Both the position numbers and the translations under genes were made by a program. The notes beneath the pieces were generated by a model. The model was not told where the DNA came from. It made no database searches and saw only the letters and a list, made by a program, of their open reading frames with translations. A DNA stretch of 64,000 bases, from positions 268,752-332,751 of the forward strand of contig NZ_JAPNJX010000001.1 of NCBI RefSeq assembly GCF_026626685.1. Reading direction: 5' to 3'. Origin of the DNA: Nannocystis sp. SCPEA4. Its GTDB lineage: Bacteria; Myxococcota_A; Polyangia; Nannocystales; Nannocystaceae. Below, piece after piece: positions 1 through 8,330 of this stretch (position 1 is the first letter of the stretch; every line of letters starts with the position of its first letter).

Positions 1-837
1 TGCGTCAGGTCCGTCGGCCAGTAGCCGTGGTACGCGCTGTACATGTGCCCGTCGGTGCCGATGCCGTCGTCCGAGGTGTTGTTCATCGGCACCGTCAACC
101 ACAGCGTGTTGATCCCGAGCTCGGTGAAGTACCCGTCCTCGATCTTCGCCGTCACCCCGGCCCAGTCGCCGCCCTGCCAGTCGGCCGCCGTCTCGACCCC
201 GATCAGCGCGTCGTTGCCCGGGTCGCCGTTGTTGAAGCGGTCGACGAACACGAAGTAGATCACCGCGTCGCGCCAGTCGAACTGGCCGTCCTGCGGCGCC
301 CCGCACGAGGCCGCCTCGCAGGTGAACGGGTCGCAGGTCTTCGGCTCGAGCACCGAGTTGTAGCCGCCGAACCCGTCGTCGATCTGCTCGGGGTTGTTCG
401 GGTCGGGGATCCAGCTCATCGACCCGTCGATGCGCAGCTTGTACTGCACCGGGGTGTCCCAGGGGACAGTCACCGTCACGCGCCAGGTCGTCCCGTCGCT
501 CTTCATCGCCGCGCCCTTCGTCCACCCGTCGGGCGCGAAGCTCCCCATGACATCGACCGACGTCTCGCCGTTGTCGGGGTACGTGAACTCGTGGTCGCAG
601 CGCTTCAGCGCGTCGTCGCACATCGGCGGCGGCGGCTCGCCCGTGGTCGGCTCGCCCGTGGTCGGCTCGGGCCCGCCCGTGGCGTAGCCGGTCACGTTCC
701 CGCCCTGGGACGGGTCGTACGGCATCGTGCTCGGCGGCATCGTCACCGAGTCCGTCGTCTCCGACATGAGCGGCGGATCGGTGCAGCCGACCCACAAGAT
801 CGAAAGGACAGGCAGGATCCGGTGCGAGCGCGACACG
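1..837 (-). CDS. Alpha-amylase family (GH13) lipoprotein, 5' portion; the C-terminus runs off the window start
   Basis: Reverse-strand translation gives QGGDWAGVTAKIEDGYFTELGINTLWLTVPMNNTSDDGIGTDGHMYSAYHGYWPTD (GH13 N-terminal signature, GYHGYW). Upstream there is a lipoprotein-type signal (V)SRSHRILPVLSILWVGC with a GTG start near 837. Not listed in the ORF track because it is open at the window edge. Confidence 0.7.
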
Positions 838-1079
838 CGGCCCCGAGGATGGCGCCTCGGCCGGCTCGCGGTCAAGCGCCCGGCCGCCTCCGACCCGCGC
901 ACGCCGACCTCGGGCCGCGGACGACGCTCCTCGCCGGCCCCGACCGGCCAGGCCTCACGACCACGCCGTTCACATGTCTCTTGGAGCATGTCCAATCAAT
1001 CAGACAGAACGCGCCCGCTGTCGGCCCAGCGCGAGCGTTCCTCCGCCCGGCGACGAGCGGGGGCCCGCGACGCTCGCTG

Positions 1080-1312
1080 CAGGCGGGCACGGAGCGGCGG
1101 ATTTGGGACGCCGGTGGGACACCAGACGCGGTTCAGCGCGCGCAGGCGCCCCGTCCTGCGCGCGCGCGACGAACATGTCCTCAAGAGCATCTTGTCCGCA
1201 GCGACAGGCGCCGAGCACGTGAACCGGTAGGGGCCCGCCGAGCGAGCCGAGCGAGCGACCCAAATCCGCCGCTCCGTGCCCGCCGTCACCCAGTTCTTCC
1301 GGGCCCCGCGCC
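1080..1312. repeat. MITE-like repeat element, copy A (~200 bp core flanked by ~26-30 bp perfect terminal inverted repeats)
   Basis: Left TIR ggcgggcacggagcggcggatttggg (1083-1108). Right TIR cccaaatccgccgctccgtgcccgcc (1259-1284) is its exact reverse complement. The internal sequence is homologous to copies at 5687-5902 and 35391-35584. Confidence 0.8.
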
Positions 1313-1338
1313 CTCGCACGCGCCAAACCCAGCCGCGT

Positions 1339-2256
1339 TCACCCCGGCCCGAAGTCCTGGCGATAGCTGCCGCGCTCGATGTCCTCGACCAGCCCCGGCC
1401 GCGACGGGCGCCAGCCGAGCGCTCGCGCGTGCGTCGCTCGCACCCGGCTGTTGGACGCCAGCCCCATGGCCGCGGCCTCCTCGCCGAGCGCCGCGATCGC
1501 CTCGGCCAGCGGCCACGACGTCGTGCGGTCGCCGAACCCGAGCAGGTGCGCGATCGCCAGCGCCACCTCGCGCAGCGACGTCTCGCCGTTCTCGGCGAAG
1601 AAGAAGCTACCGGGCTCGGCCTTGTCGATCACCAGCGTGTACAGGTCGACGAGGTCGTCGATGTGCACGTTCGACCAGATGTTGCGACCCTCGCCGATGT
1701 ACACCCCGGCGCCGCGCTGCTGCGACTCGCGGATCAGCATCGGCACCTGGATCGAGTCGCGCTTGCTGCCGGTGCCGCGGCCGTAGATCATCGTCGGGCA
1801 CACCACGATGCTGCAGATCCCCTGGTGGGCCGCGTCGAGGACGAAGCGGTCGATGGCCACGCGCGCCGCCTTCGCCGGCACCGGCGTGAACGGCGTGTCG
1901 TCGGTGAACACCTGCTCCGACCGCTCGCCCGTGCCGACGTCGGCCACGATCGACGACCCGCTGGTGTGTACCAGCGTCTTGCCGCTCCCGCGCATGCCGT
2001 CGACCAGCGCCTCGACCGCCGCGCGGTGATCCGCGTCGGCCGTGTTGATCACCAGGTCGGCCTCGTCGGCCAGGCGCACCAGGAGGTCCGTATCGTCGAG
2101 CCCGCCGATCACCGGGCGCACCCCTGTCGCCTCCACGCGCGCCGCGCTCGCCGGATCGCGGACCAGGCCCATCACCTCGTAGCCGTCCTGCACCAGCCGT
2201 CGCGCCACCGAGCCGCCGATATAACCGGAAACACCTGTCACGAATGCACGCTTCAT
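1339..2256 (-). CDS. NAD(P)-dependent epimerase/dehydratase (NmrA/SDR-like) family protein
   Basis: MKRAFVTGVSGYIGGSVARRL Rossmann GxxGxxG motif at the N-terminus. The ORF 1339..2343 was trimmed to this Met. Divergent from a LysR gene. Confidence 0.75.
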   Translation of the reverse strand: MKRAFVTGVSGYIGGSVARRLVQDGYEVMGLVRDPASAARVEATGVRPVIGGLDDTDLLVRLADEADLVINTADADHRAAVEALVDGMRGSGKTLVHTSGSSIVADVGTGERSEQVFTDDTPFTPVPAKAARVAIDRFVLDAAHQGICSIVVCPTMIYGRGTGSKRDSIQVPMLIRESQQRGAGVYIGEGRNIWSNVHIDDLVDLYTLVIDKAEPGSFFFAENGETSLREVALAIAHLLGFGDRTTSWPLAEAIAALGEEAAAMGLASNSRVRATHARALGWRPSRPGLVEDIERGSYRQDFGPG

Positions 2257-2348
2257 CTCGCTGCTCCTGTACCGCGAGCATGGTGTGTTCCTGCGCAGCA
2301 TGGTAGTGTGATTGCTGGCACATCGCCTGTGCCTGAAAGGCAAAGCCC

Positions 2349-3236
2349 GTGGACCTGTCGCCGCAACTCCACGCGTTCGTCCGCAGCGTGCGGGCGGGCA
2401 GCTTCAGCGCCGCCGCGCGCGAGGCCGGCACCACCCCCTCGGCCTTCAGCAAGCAGGTCGCGCGGCTCGAGCAGAAGCTCGGCGTACCCCTGGTCATGCG
2501 CAGCGGCCAGGGTCTGCAGCCGACTCCCGAGGGCGAGGCCCTGTTCGCGCGGGTGCAGCGGGCCTTCGACGACATCACCGACGCCTGCGAGGAGGCCGCC
2601 CGCGCCACCGGCCCGCGCGGGCAGGTCCGCATGAGCGCCCCGGTCGAGCTCGGCCACGCCTGGCTGGTCCCGCGCCTGCCTGCCCTTCACCGCGCGCACC
2701 CGCAGATCGCCGTCACGCTCGAGCTCGCCGACCGCTTCGTCGACCTTCACGCCGAGCAATTCGACCTCGCCCTGCGCGTCGGCGGCGAGGGCGACGGCCG
2801 GCTGGTCCAGCGGCGGCTCGGTCGCCTGCGCCGCTGCTTCTGCGCCACCCCGGCCTACCTCAAGGCCCATGGCGTTCCGCGCACCCCCGAGGCCCTCGCG
2901 GGCCACCGCCTGCTCGCCATCCTCCGGGCCGGCCGGCGCGTCGCCTGGGAGCTGCCCGGCGGCGGGCGCCTCACCCCGCAGGGCCCCGTCGCCAGCGACA
3001 GCAACGAGGCCCTGCGCCAGCTCGCGCTCGCCGGCATGGGCATCGCCTGGCTGCCCGACGTCACGATCGCCGCCGACCTCAAGCGCGGCGCCCTGCGCCA
3101 GCTCTTCGCCGACACCCCCGAGGAGCCCGGCCTGCCGATCCAGCTCGTGTTCCCGCAGAGCCGCCTGCTCGCCCCGCGCGTCCGCGCCGTCGTCGACTTC
3201 CTCGTCGCCGCCGCCCGCAGCACCATGTCCGCATGA
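2349..3236 (+). CDS. LysR-family transcriptional regulator
   Basis: N-terminal HTH FSAAAREAGTTPSAFSKQVARLEQKLGVPLVMRSGQG, typical LysR. LysR substrate-binding domain follows. Divergently arranged with the SDR gene. Confidence 0.85.
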   Translation: MDLSPQLHAFVRSVRAGSFSAAAREAGTTPSAFSKQVARLEQKLGVPLVMRSGQGLQPTPEGEALFARVQRAFDDITDACEEAARATGPRGQVRMSAPVELGHAWLVPRLPALHRAHPQIAVTLELADRFVDLHAEQFDLALRVGGEGDGRLVQRRLGRLRRCFCATPAYLKAHGVPRTPEALAGHRLLAILRAGRRVAWELPGGGRLTPQGPVASDSNEALRQLALAGMGIAWLPDVTIAADLKRGALRQLFADTPEEPGLPIQLVFPQSRLLAPRVRAVVDFLVAAARSTMSA

Positions 3237-3401
3237 ACATGTCCTGATGGCCATGTTCCTCGGAACGGCACGCAGCGAAGTCCGCAGGAATCTGTCCCGA
3301 GGGACACATGGCACGCACAACAGCAATGCCCTTTTCGTAATTCAGATCACCAAACTTGCAATTTGGCGGTAACGGCGCCTCCGTGATAGCTTCGGCCCGA
3401 C

Positions 3402-4007
3402 ATGACCGTCGATCCGGCACGCTTCGGGCGTACGGCCGCCGTCCTGGCCCGCGGCCCGCTCGGCTTGCTCGCGCTGTGCCTCGTGTTCTCGTACGGCGTC
3501 GCCAACATGTTCGGCAGCCTCGCCGTCGCCCACCTCACCCCCGGGCAGCGCGACGTCCTGCTCGGATTCGTGGTCGTGTTCCCGTTCGTCGTGTTCGCCG
3601 GATTGTTCCGCCTGATCACCCACCATCACACCAAGCTCTACGCCCCCGCCGACTTCCGCGACGAGCGCCACTTCGTCGCCGTCGGCCGCCGCTCGCCCGA
3701 GCGCCTCACCCCCGTCAGTTCGCCCGCGCTCGTCGAGCCGGTCGTCCACGGCGACGACTTCGTCATGATCGACGTCGCCCCGCCCGCCAACACCGCCCCG
3801 CGCTCCCTGTGCGGCTTCTGGACCCGCGACCGCGAGACCTACTACGTCACCCGCCAGGGCCTCGTCTACCTCCTGCGCTCCCCCGCCCAGCAGGCCCAGA
3901 TCACCCGCGTCGACGCCCTCCCCGACGGCTGCAGCCCGATCGCCAGCCAGCACTGCGACTCGGCGTTGTGCGCCCTCGCCGAGGTCGCCGACTCGCGCGC
4001 CGGCTGA
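3402..4007 (+). CDS. Hypothetical membrane protein
   Basis: GC3 about 95% with C bias in this frame. Two predicted hydrophobic helices. No recognisable family. Confidence 0.5.
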   Translation: MTVDPARFGRTAAVLARGPLGLLALCLVFSYGVANMFGSLAVAHLTPGQRDVLLGFVVVFPFVVFAGLFRLITHHHTKLYAPADFRDERHFVAVGRRSPERLTPVSSPALVEPVVHGDDFVMIDVAPPANTAPRSLCGFWTRDRETYYVTRQGLVYLLRSPAQQAQITRVDALPDGCSPIASQHCDSALCALAEVADSRAG

Positions 4008-4189
4008 CCAAACGGAAATGTTCATTCGGACATGTCTGTGACGACATGTCTGATCGCCCGGGGCGCCTCATGACCTTGCCGTCTGCGCATGACCAATGAG
4101 ACATGTCTAGATAATCATCTTCTCCACGTCTCCGCCGACGGCGCCAGCGGAGCTCGCATGCATCGACCTGCGCCAGCATCGCCGGAGAT

Positions 4190-4824
4190 TCACGGACTCG
4201 CGGCCCGTTCGCACCGCGCGGTGTAGCTGCGCATCAGCTCGGCGAGCTCTGGCGAGTGGTGCGGTTCGGCCGCGCGGAGCTGGCGCTCGACCAGCGCGAG
4301 GCGCTCGTCGGCAGCGAGGCCGCGGAGTTGGTCGGCGACCTCTGCCAGCCCGCCGGCCTCGACGCCCAGTTCCTCCCGCGCCTCAATCTCGGCCACGATC
4401 GCTCGCGCCTCGCCGGCGATCACCGCGTCGAGCTGCTGCGAGCATGGGACACCCGGCGCGGGGAAGCGGTCGAGGCCGTCGGCCACATGCTCGAGCAGGT
4501 GCACGACGCGCGCCACGCTGACCTGCACGGGCGCCGATCGATCGAGCACCAGCACGCCTCCGGCACGCACGCTGCCGAGCTCCCGGCCGCCGAAGCAGAT
4601 CCTGTAGTCGCGCAGCCCCAGCCGCGCCAGCGCGCGTGCCCCGGATCGGTGTTCGTCACGCCGGCGAGCAACGTCGCAGCGCGCGACGGATCGGCGACAG
4701 TGCTCTCGGGGCAGCCCGCCGTCGGGCTCGCGGGCCGATCCGCGCCCGCCTTCACCGGCTCGCCGCAGCCGGGCAGCGCCGCCGCCAGGACGAAGCTCAG
4801 GACGCGGTGCCGGCGGACATGCAC
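4190..4824 (-). pseudogene. Putative lipoprotein, apparently frameshifted (two overlapping minus-strand frames)
   Basis: Frame A (4420..4824) starts with a classic lipoprotein signal MHVRRHRVLSFVLAAALPGCGEP but degenerates after ~60 aa. Frame B (4190..~4640) carries protein-like sequence to the stop. The frames meet near a CCCC run at ~4630. Confidence 0.35.
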
Positions 4825-4901
4825 GGTGCGATGATAGCCTGCGAGCGCCCGCCCGCGCAGCCGCCGTTGCTGCCACCGCCGGCGACGTGTAGCATCGAAC
4901 G

Positions 4902-5510
4902 ATGCTTATCGCTCCATCTTATCGCTTCGCGGGCAAGTGGTGTGCGGCCGCCCTGCTCGCGCTCCTCGCCGCGACGAGCGGCCTCGCCCGGGCCGACGTC
5001 GTCGTCGAGCCGGAGAGCTGCCCCGACGGCGCGACCCCGAACGCCTGTCACAGCGGCCCGTTCTGCAGCCCGCAGGATTGCAGCAACGACCCGACCTGTC
5101 CCGAAGGCAAGGTGTGCCAGGCGGTCGAGAAGTGCGCCCAGTCCTTCGAGTGCGGCGGCGGCCTCACGACCGGCGCTGGCGGCGACCTCCTCGACGACAT
5201 CGTCGGCGAGTGCGGCGAGGGGGGCACCTGCGCCAAGGGGACGTGCAAGATGTTCAAGCTGTGCGTCTCGGAGAGCGCGACGACCAGCGACACCGCCGGC
5301 AGCAGCTCCGTCACGGGCTCCGGCTCCGGCGACTCGACCGCGAGCGGCGGCTCCAGCGGCTCCAGCTCGGGCTCCGGCGACTCGGCGAGCAGCGGCGGCA
5401 CGCCGACGAAGCCCCTCGGCTGCGACGGCTGCCGCGCCAGCGAAGACGGCACGCCCGCGCTGATGCTGCTCGCGTCGCTCGGCCTGATACTGCGCCGGCG
5501 CCGACGATGA
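4902..5510 (+). CDS. Secreted Cys/Gly/Ser-rich protein with a C-terminal MYXO-CTERM sorting signal
   Basis: N-terminal signal peptide. The C-terminus GCDGCRAS...ALMLLASLGLILRRRRR (Cys motif + TM helix + Arg cluster) matches the MYXO-CTERM architecture. Confidence 0.7.
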   Translation: MLIAPSYRFAGKWCAAALLALLAATSGLARADVVVEPESCPDGATPNACHSGPFCSPQDCSNDPTCPEGKVCQAVEKCAQSFECGGGLTTGAGGDLLDDIVGECGEGGTCAKGTCKMFKLCVSESATTSDTAGSSSVTGSGSGDSTASGGSSGSSSGSGDSASSGGTPTKPLGCDGCRASEDGTPALMLLASLGLILRRRRR

Positions 5511-5683
5511 CTCCGTGTGAACGCGCTCGCCCGCGTTCGATCGAGCTCGCAGCACAGCCAATCCACCCACGCCATCAACCTGTCCCCAAGACCACCCTGT
5601 CCAAAGAGACAGCGCCTCGTACACGAGCACCAGCGCACGCCCCTCCCCGCCCGGCCACGAGCGGGGCCCGCGACGATCGTCGA

Positions 5684-5902
5684 GAGGCGGGCACGGAGCG
5701 GCGGATTTGGGACGCCGGTGGGACGGAGACGCGGTTCAGCGCGCGCAGGCGCCCGTCTCCCCCCACGCGAGCAACCTGTCCTCAAGACCATCCTGTCCAA
5801 AGAGACAGCGCCGAGCACGTGAACCGGTAGGGGCCCGCCGAGCGAGGGACCCAAGTCCGCCGCTCCGTGCCCGCCGTCACCCAGTTCTTCCGGGCCCCGC
5901 GC
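5684..5902. repeat. MITE-like repeat element, copy B; a partial internal copy lies immediately upstream (~5565-5612)
   Basis: Left TIR 5687-5712 and right TIR 5850-5875 (1 mismatch). The internal caacctgtcctcaagaccatcctgtccaaagagacagcgccgagcacgtgaaccggtagggg is homologous to copy A. The right end overlaps the stop codon of the TetR gene. Confidence 0.8.
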
Positions 5903-6641
5903 CTCCGGACGAGCGAAGCTCTCCGGACTCCGCGCCTGCGGACGAGCGAAGCTCTCCGGACTCGGCCCCCGTGCCTCCGGACGAGCGAAGCTCTCCGGAC
6001 CCCGAACCTCCGGACGAGCGAATCTCCCCGGACTCGCCGGCCCCCTCGATCGCCCCGTAGAGCAACCGAGCCGCCCGAGCCACCTGCTCCACCACCGTCT
6101 CCGGCCCGTGCAGTTCCGCCGTCCAGCCGACCAGGCGAGAGAACCACACGTCCTGCAGGACCGCCAGCATCTCGAGCTCCGTCGCCGTCACCGGTCCCTC
6201 GTCGCGGCCGCGGATCGCCCCCACGATCAGCTCCATCAGCGCGCTGTGGAAGCGGTGCAGTCGTTCGGCCAGCGCGTTCTCTCCCGTCGCCGCCGAGCGG
6301 ATCACCGCGCGTCCCAGATGCGGTCGTGCGCACAGCGTCTCGGTCAGCGCTGCGAAGCACTCGATCAGGCGGTCGAGGCGGGTCGCGCCGGGGAGAGGTG
6401 CGTCGCCGAAGCGCTCGCGCAGCGCCACCAGCTCGAGCGACAGCACTCCGACCAGCAGGTCTTCCTTGCTGCGGAAGCGCTTGTAGACCGTGCCCAGGGC
6501 CACGCCGGACGCCTGGGCCACATCGCGCAGGCGCACGGCCGAGAACCCGCCGGACTCGGCGAGTCGGACTGCCGCGTCGAGGATTCGGCGGGCGCGGTCG
6601 TCGACGAGGGTGAGCTCGCCGGGGATCGGGGCAGCCGTCAT
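5877..6641 (-). CDS. TetR/AcrR-family transcriptional regulator with a repetitive C-terminal tail
   Basis: HTH ILDAAVRLAESGGFSAVRLRDVAQASGVALGTVYKRFRSKEDLL. The C-terminal ~50 aa is (SGELRSSGG)n, encoded by 30-bp tandem repeats. Lies downstream of the P450 on the same strand. Confidence 0.8.
   Translation of the reverse strand: MTAAPIPGELTLVDDRARRILDAAVRLAESGGFSAVRLRDVAQASGVALGTVYKRFRSKEDLLVGVLSLELVALRERFGDAPLPGATRLDRLIECFAALTETLCARPHLGRAVIRSAATGENALAERLHRFHSALMELIVGAIRGRDEGPVTATELEMLAVLQDVWFSRLVGWTAELHGPETVVEQVARAARLLYGAIEGAGESGEIRSSGGSGSGELRSSGGTGAESGELRSSAGAESGELRSSGGAGPGRTG
5890..6045. repeat. Tandem direct repeat, ~30-bp unit x ~4-5 (cggacgagcgaagctctccggac...)
   Basis: Seen directly in the sequence. 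It encodes the SGELRSSGG repeats of the TetR C-terminus on the minus strand. Confidence 0.8.
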
Positions 6642-6674
6642 GTCTCCCCGGTGTATGCGGCTCGGGGGCACGCG

Positions 6675-8057
6675 TCAACGCTTCGCTTCGACGCGAACGA
6701 GGACCCCGTGGCGGGGCCGCATCGTGATCTGGAATTCCTGCGCGATCCGGGCCTGCGGGCTCAGCGACAGGCGGAAGCGCTGGGCGATCATCGCCAGCAC
6801 CAGCGTCCCTTCGAGCAGCGTGAAATGATTGCCGATGCACATTCGCGGACCGGCGCTGAACGGGATGTAGGCCAGCTTGTGCCGACCTTGCGCCTGACCT
6901 GGCAGAAAGCGCGCGGGTTCGAAGCGCTCGGGTTCGTCCCAGAAGCGCGGGTCGCGGTGCATCAAGAACGGCACGTACAGCACGCGATCGCCCGGGTGGA
7001 CCCGGTGGCCGGCGAGTTCGGTCTCGGCCACGATGTCGCGCCCTCCGCTCCAGGTCGGCGGGTACAGCCGCAGCGACTCTTGCAGCACCGCCTTCGTGTA
7101 CGACAGCGTCGTCTGCACGTCCTCGGCGGTCGGCACGCGTCCATGGAGCGCATCGACCTCCGCGATCAAGCGGTCCCACACCTCCGGATGCGTCCCCAGC
7201 AGGTAGAACGTCCACGCCAGCGCGATCGCCGTCGTCTCGTGGCCTGCCAGGAAGAACGTCACGATCTCGTCCCGCACCAGCCGTGGGTCGAGCGGCGCCC
7301 CCTGTTCGTCGCGCGCGTTCAGGTACGCCGCCAGCAGATCGTCGCCGTGCGTCCCTGCCGCCCGGCGGCGCGAGATGATCTCGAACGTCACCTCGTCGAG
7401 CGTCCGCAGCGCCTTGCGCAGGCGCAGGTTGCCCGGCGTCGGCCAGTGCAGCGGCAGCTGCAGCATCTGGTTGCCGCGGCCCGACACCTGCTCGAGCGCC
7501 ACCGTGAACGCCTCCGCCGACTCGCCCACGCGCGCGCTGAGGTCGAGGCTGAAGAGCGTCTCGCCGATGATCTCCATCGCCAGCGCCAGCAGCTCCTTGT
7601 ACACGTCGAACTCGTCGCCGACCTTGTAGCGCTGCGTCCACGTCGTCAGCGTCCGCTCCGTCAGCCGCGTCATCTTGCCCGCCAGCGCCGCCACGCTGCC
7701 TTTATTGAAACTCGGCTGGGCGATCCGGCGTTCGCGCCGCCACAGCTCGCCCTCGCTGGTCAGGATCCCGTCGCCGACCAGCACGCGGATCGAGTCGTAC
7801 GTGTCGCGCTTGCCGTACGAGTCCTTGTCCGTCAGCAGGATCTGCTCGACCGCGTCGGGGTGCAGCGCCACGAACAGCGAGTGCTTGCCGACGCACAGAC
7901 GAAAGAAGTCGCCGTGCTTCTGCCGCGCCGCCTCGACCACCGGCATCAGCCCGTGGCGGGTGAGCATCGGCAGGTGGCCGAACACCGGCCACCGCGACGG
8001 CGTGGGGATCGAGTCGATGGGCGGCGGCGAGACACGGTCGAGCAGGGCTTGCAGCAC
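6675..8057 (-). CDS. Cytochrome P450
   Basis: Heme-binding loop FSAGPRMCIGNHF, AGHETT I-helix motif, ExxR. GTG start preceded by GAGG. Confidence 0.9.
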   Translation of the reverse strand: MLQALLDRVSPPPIDSIPTPSRWPVFGHLPMLTRHGLMPVVEAARQKHGDFFRLCVGKHSLFVALHPDAVEQILLTDKDSYGKRDTYDSIRVLVGDGILTSEGELWRRERRIAQPSFNKGSVAALAGKMTRLTERTLTTWTQRYKVGDEFDVYKELLALAMEIIGETLFSLDLSARVGESAEAFTVALEQVSGRGNQMLQLPLHWPTPGNLRLRKALRTLDEVTFEIISRRRAAGTHGDDLLAAYLNARDEQGAPLDPRLVRDEIVTFFLAGHETTAIALAWTFYLLGTHPEVWDRLIAEVDALHGRVPTAEDVQTTLSYTKAVLQESLRLYPPTWSGGRDIVAETELAGHRVHPGDRVLYVPFLMHRDPRFWDEPERFEPARFLPGQAQGRHKLAYIPFSAGPRMCIGNHFTLLEGTLVLAMIAQRFRLSLSPQARIAQEFQITMRPRHGVLVRVEAKR

Positions 8058-8073
8058 GGAGATTCGTCCTCTG

Positions 8074-8107
8074 TGAAACGCGTTCTACACACCTAGAACA
8101 CGTTTCA
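8074..8107. promoter_or_regulatory. Imperfect inverted repeat (candidate TetR-type operator) immediately upstream of the P450 start
   Basis: tgaaacgcgttctac-acac-ctagaacacgtttca, 15-bp arms with 2 mismatches. AT-rich relative to the genome. Lies between the putative promoter and the RBS of the P450-TetR transcription unit. Confidence 0.4.
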
Positions 8108-8330
8108 TTTTCAGGCAAGAGGCCATCTCGCGCGATGGCGAGCATTCCTGCCCCGGCGCCAGCCCCAGCCGCCATGACGCCCTTTCCGTCGCGTCCGATC
8201 GCCTCGATTTTCGCGCGCGAATCCGCCCCGCGCGCAGTCGACCAGGTGAACCGCACGTCCTCGTCGCCATCGGCATGTCCCAGAGGACATGTCCTTCAAA
8301 TCGCCATGACATGTCTCGAGAGACAGCCCC

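Noticed and set aside
27-1889. 620-aa plus-strand ORF at the window start
   Set aside because: Arg/Ala/Pro-rich GC-frame artefact antisense to the GH13 amylase gene (1..837, minus) and overlapping the SDR gene. No domain signal.
5890-6045. Possible CRISPR array (regular short direct repeats); also 44620-45080
   Set aside because: The units are contiguous tandem repeats without unique spacers and lie inside or next to coding sequence. No cas genes are present.
5867-6613. Plus-strand ORFs beginning MPAVTQFFRAPR inside the MITE right TIR (also 1276..2634)
   Set aside because: The start lies within the repeat's inverted terminus, both copies diverge immediately afterwards, and the ORF is antisense to the TetR/P450 genes.
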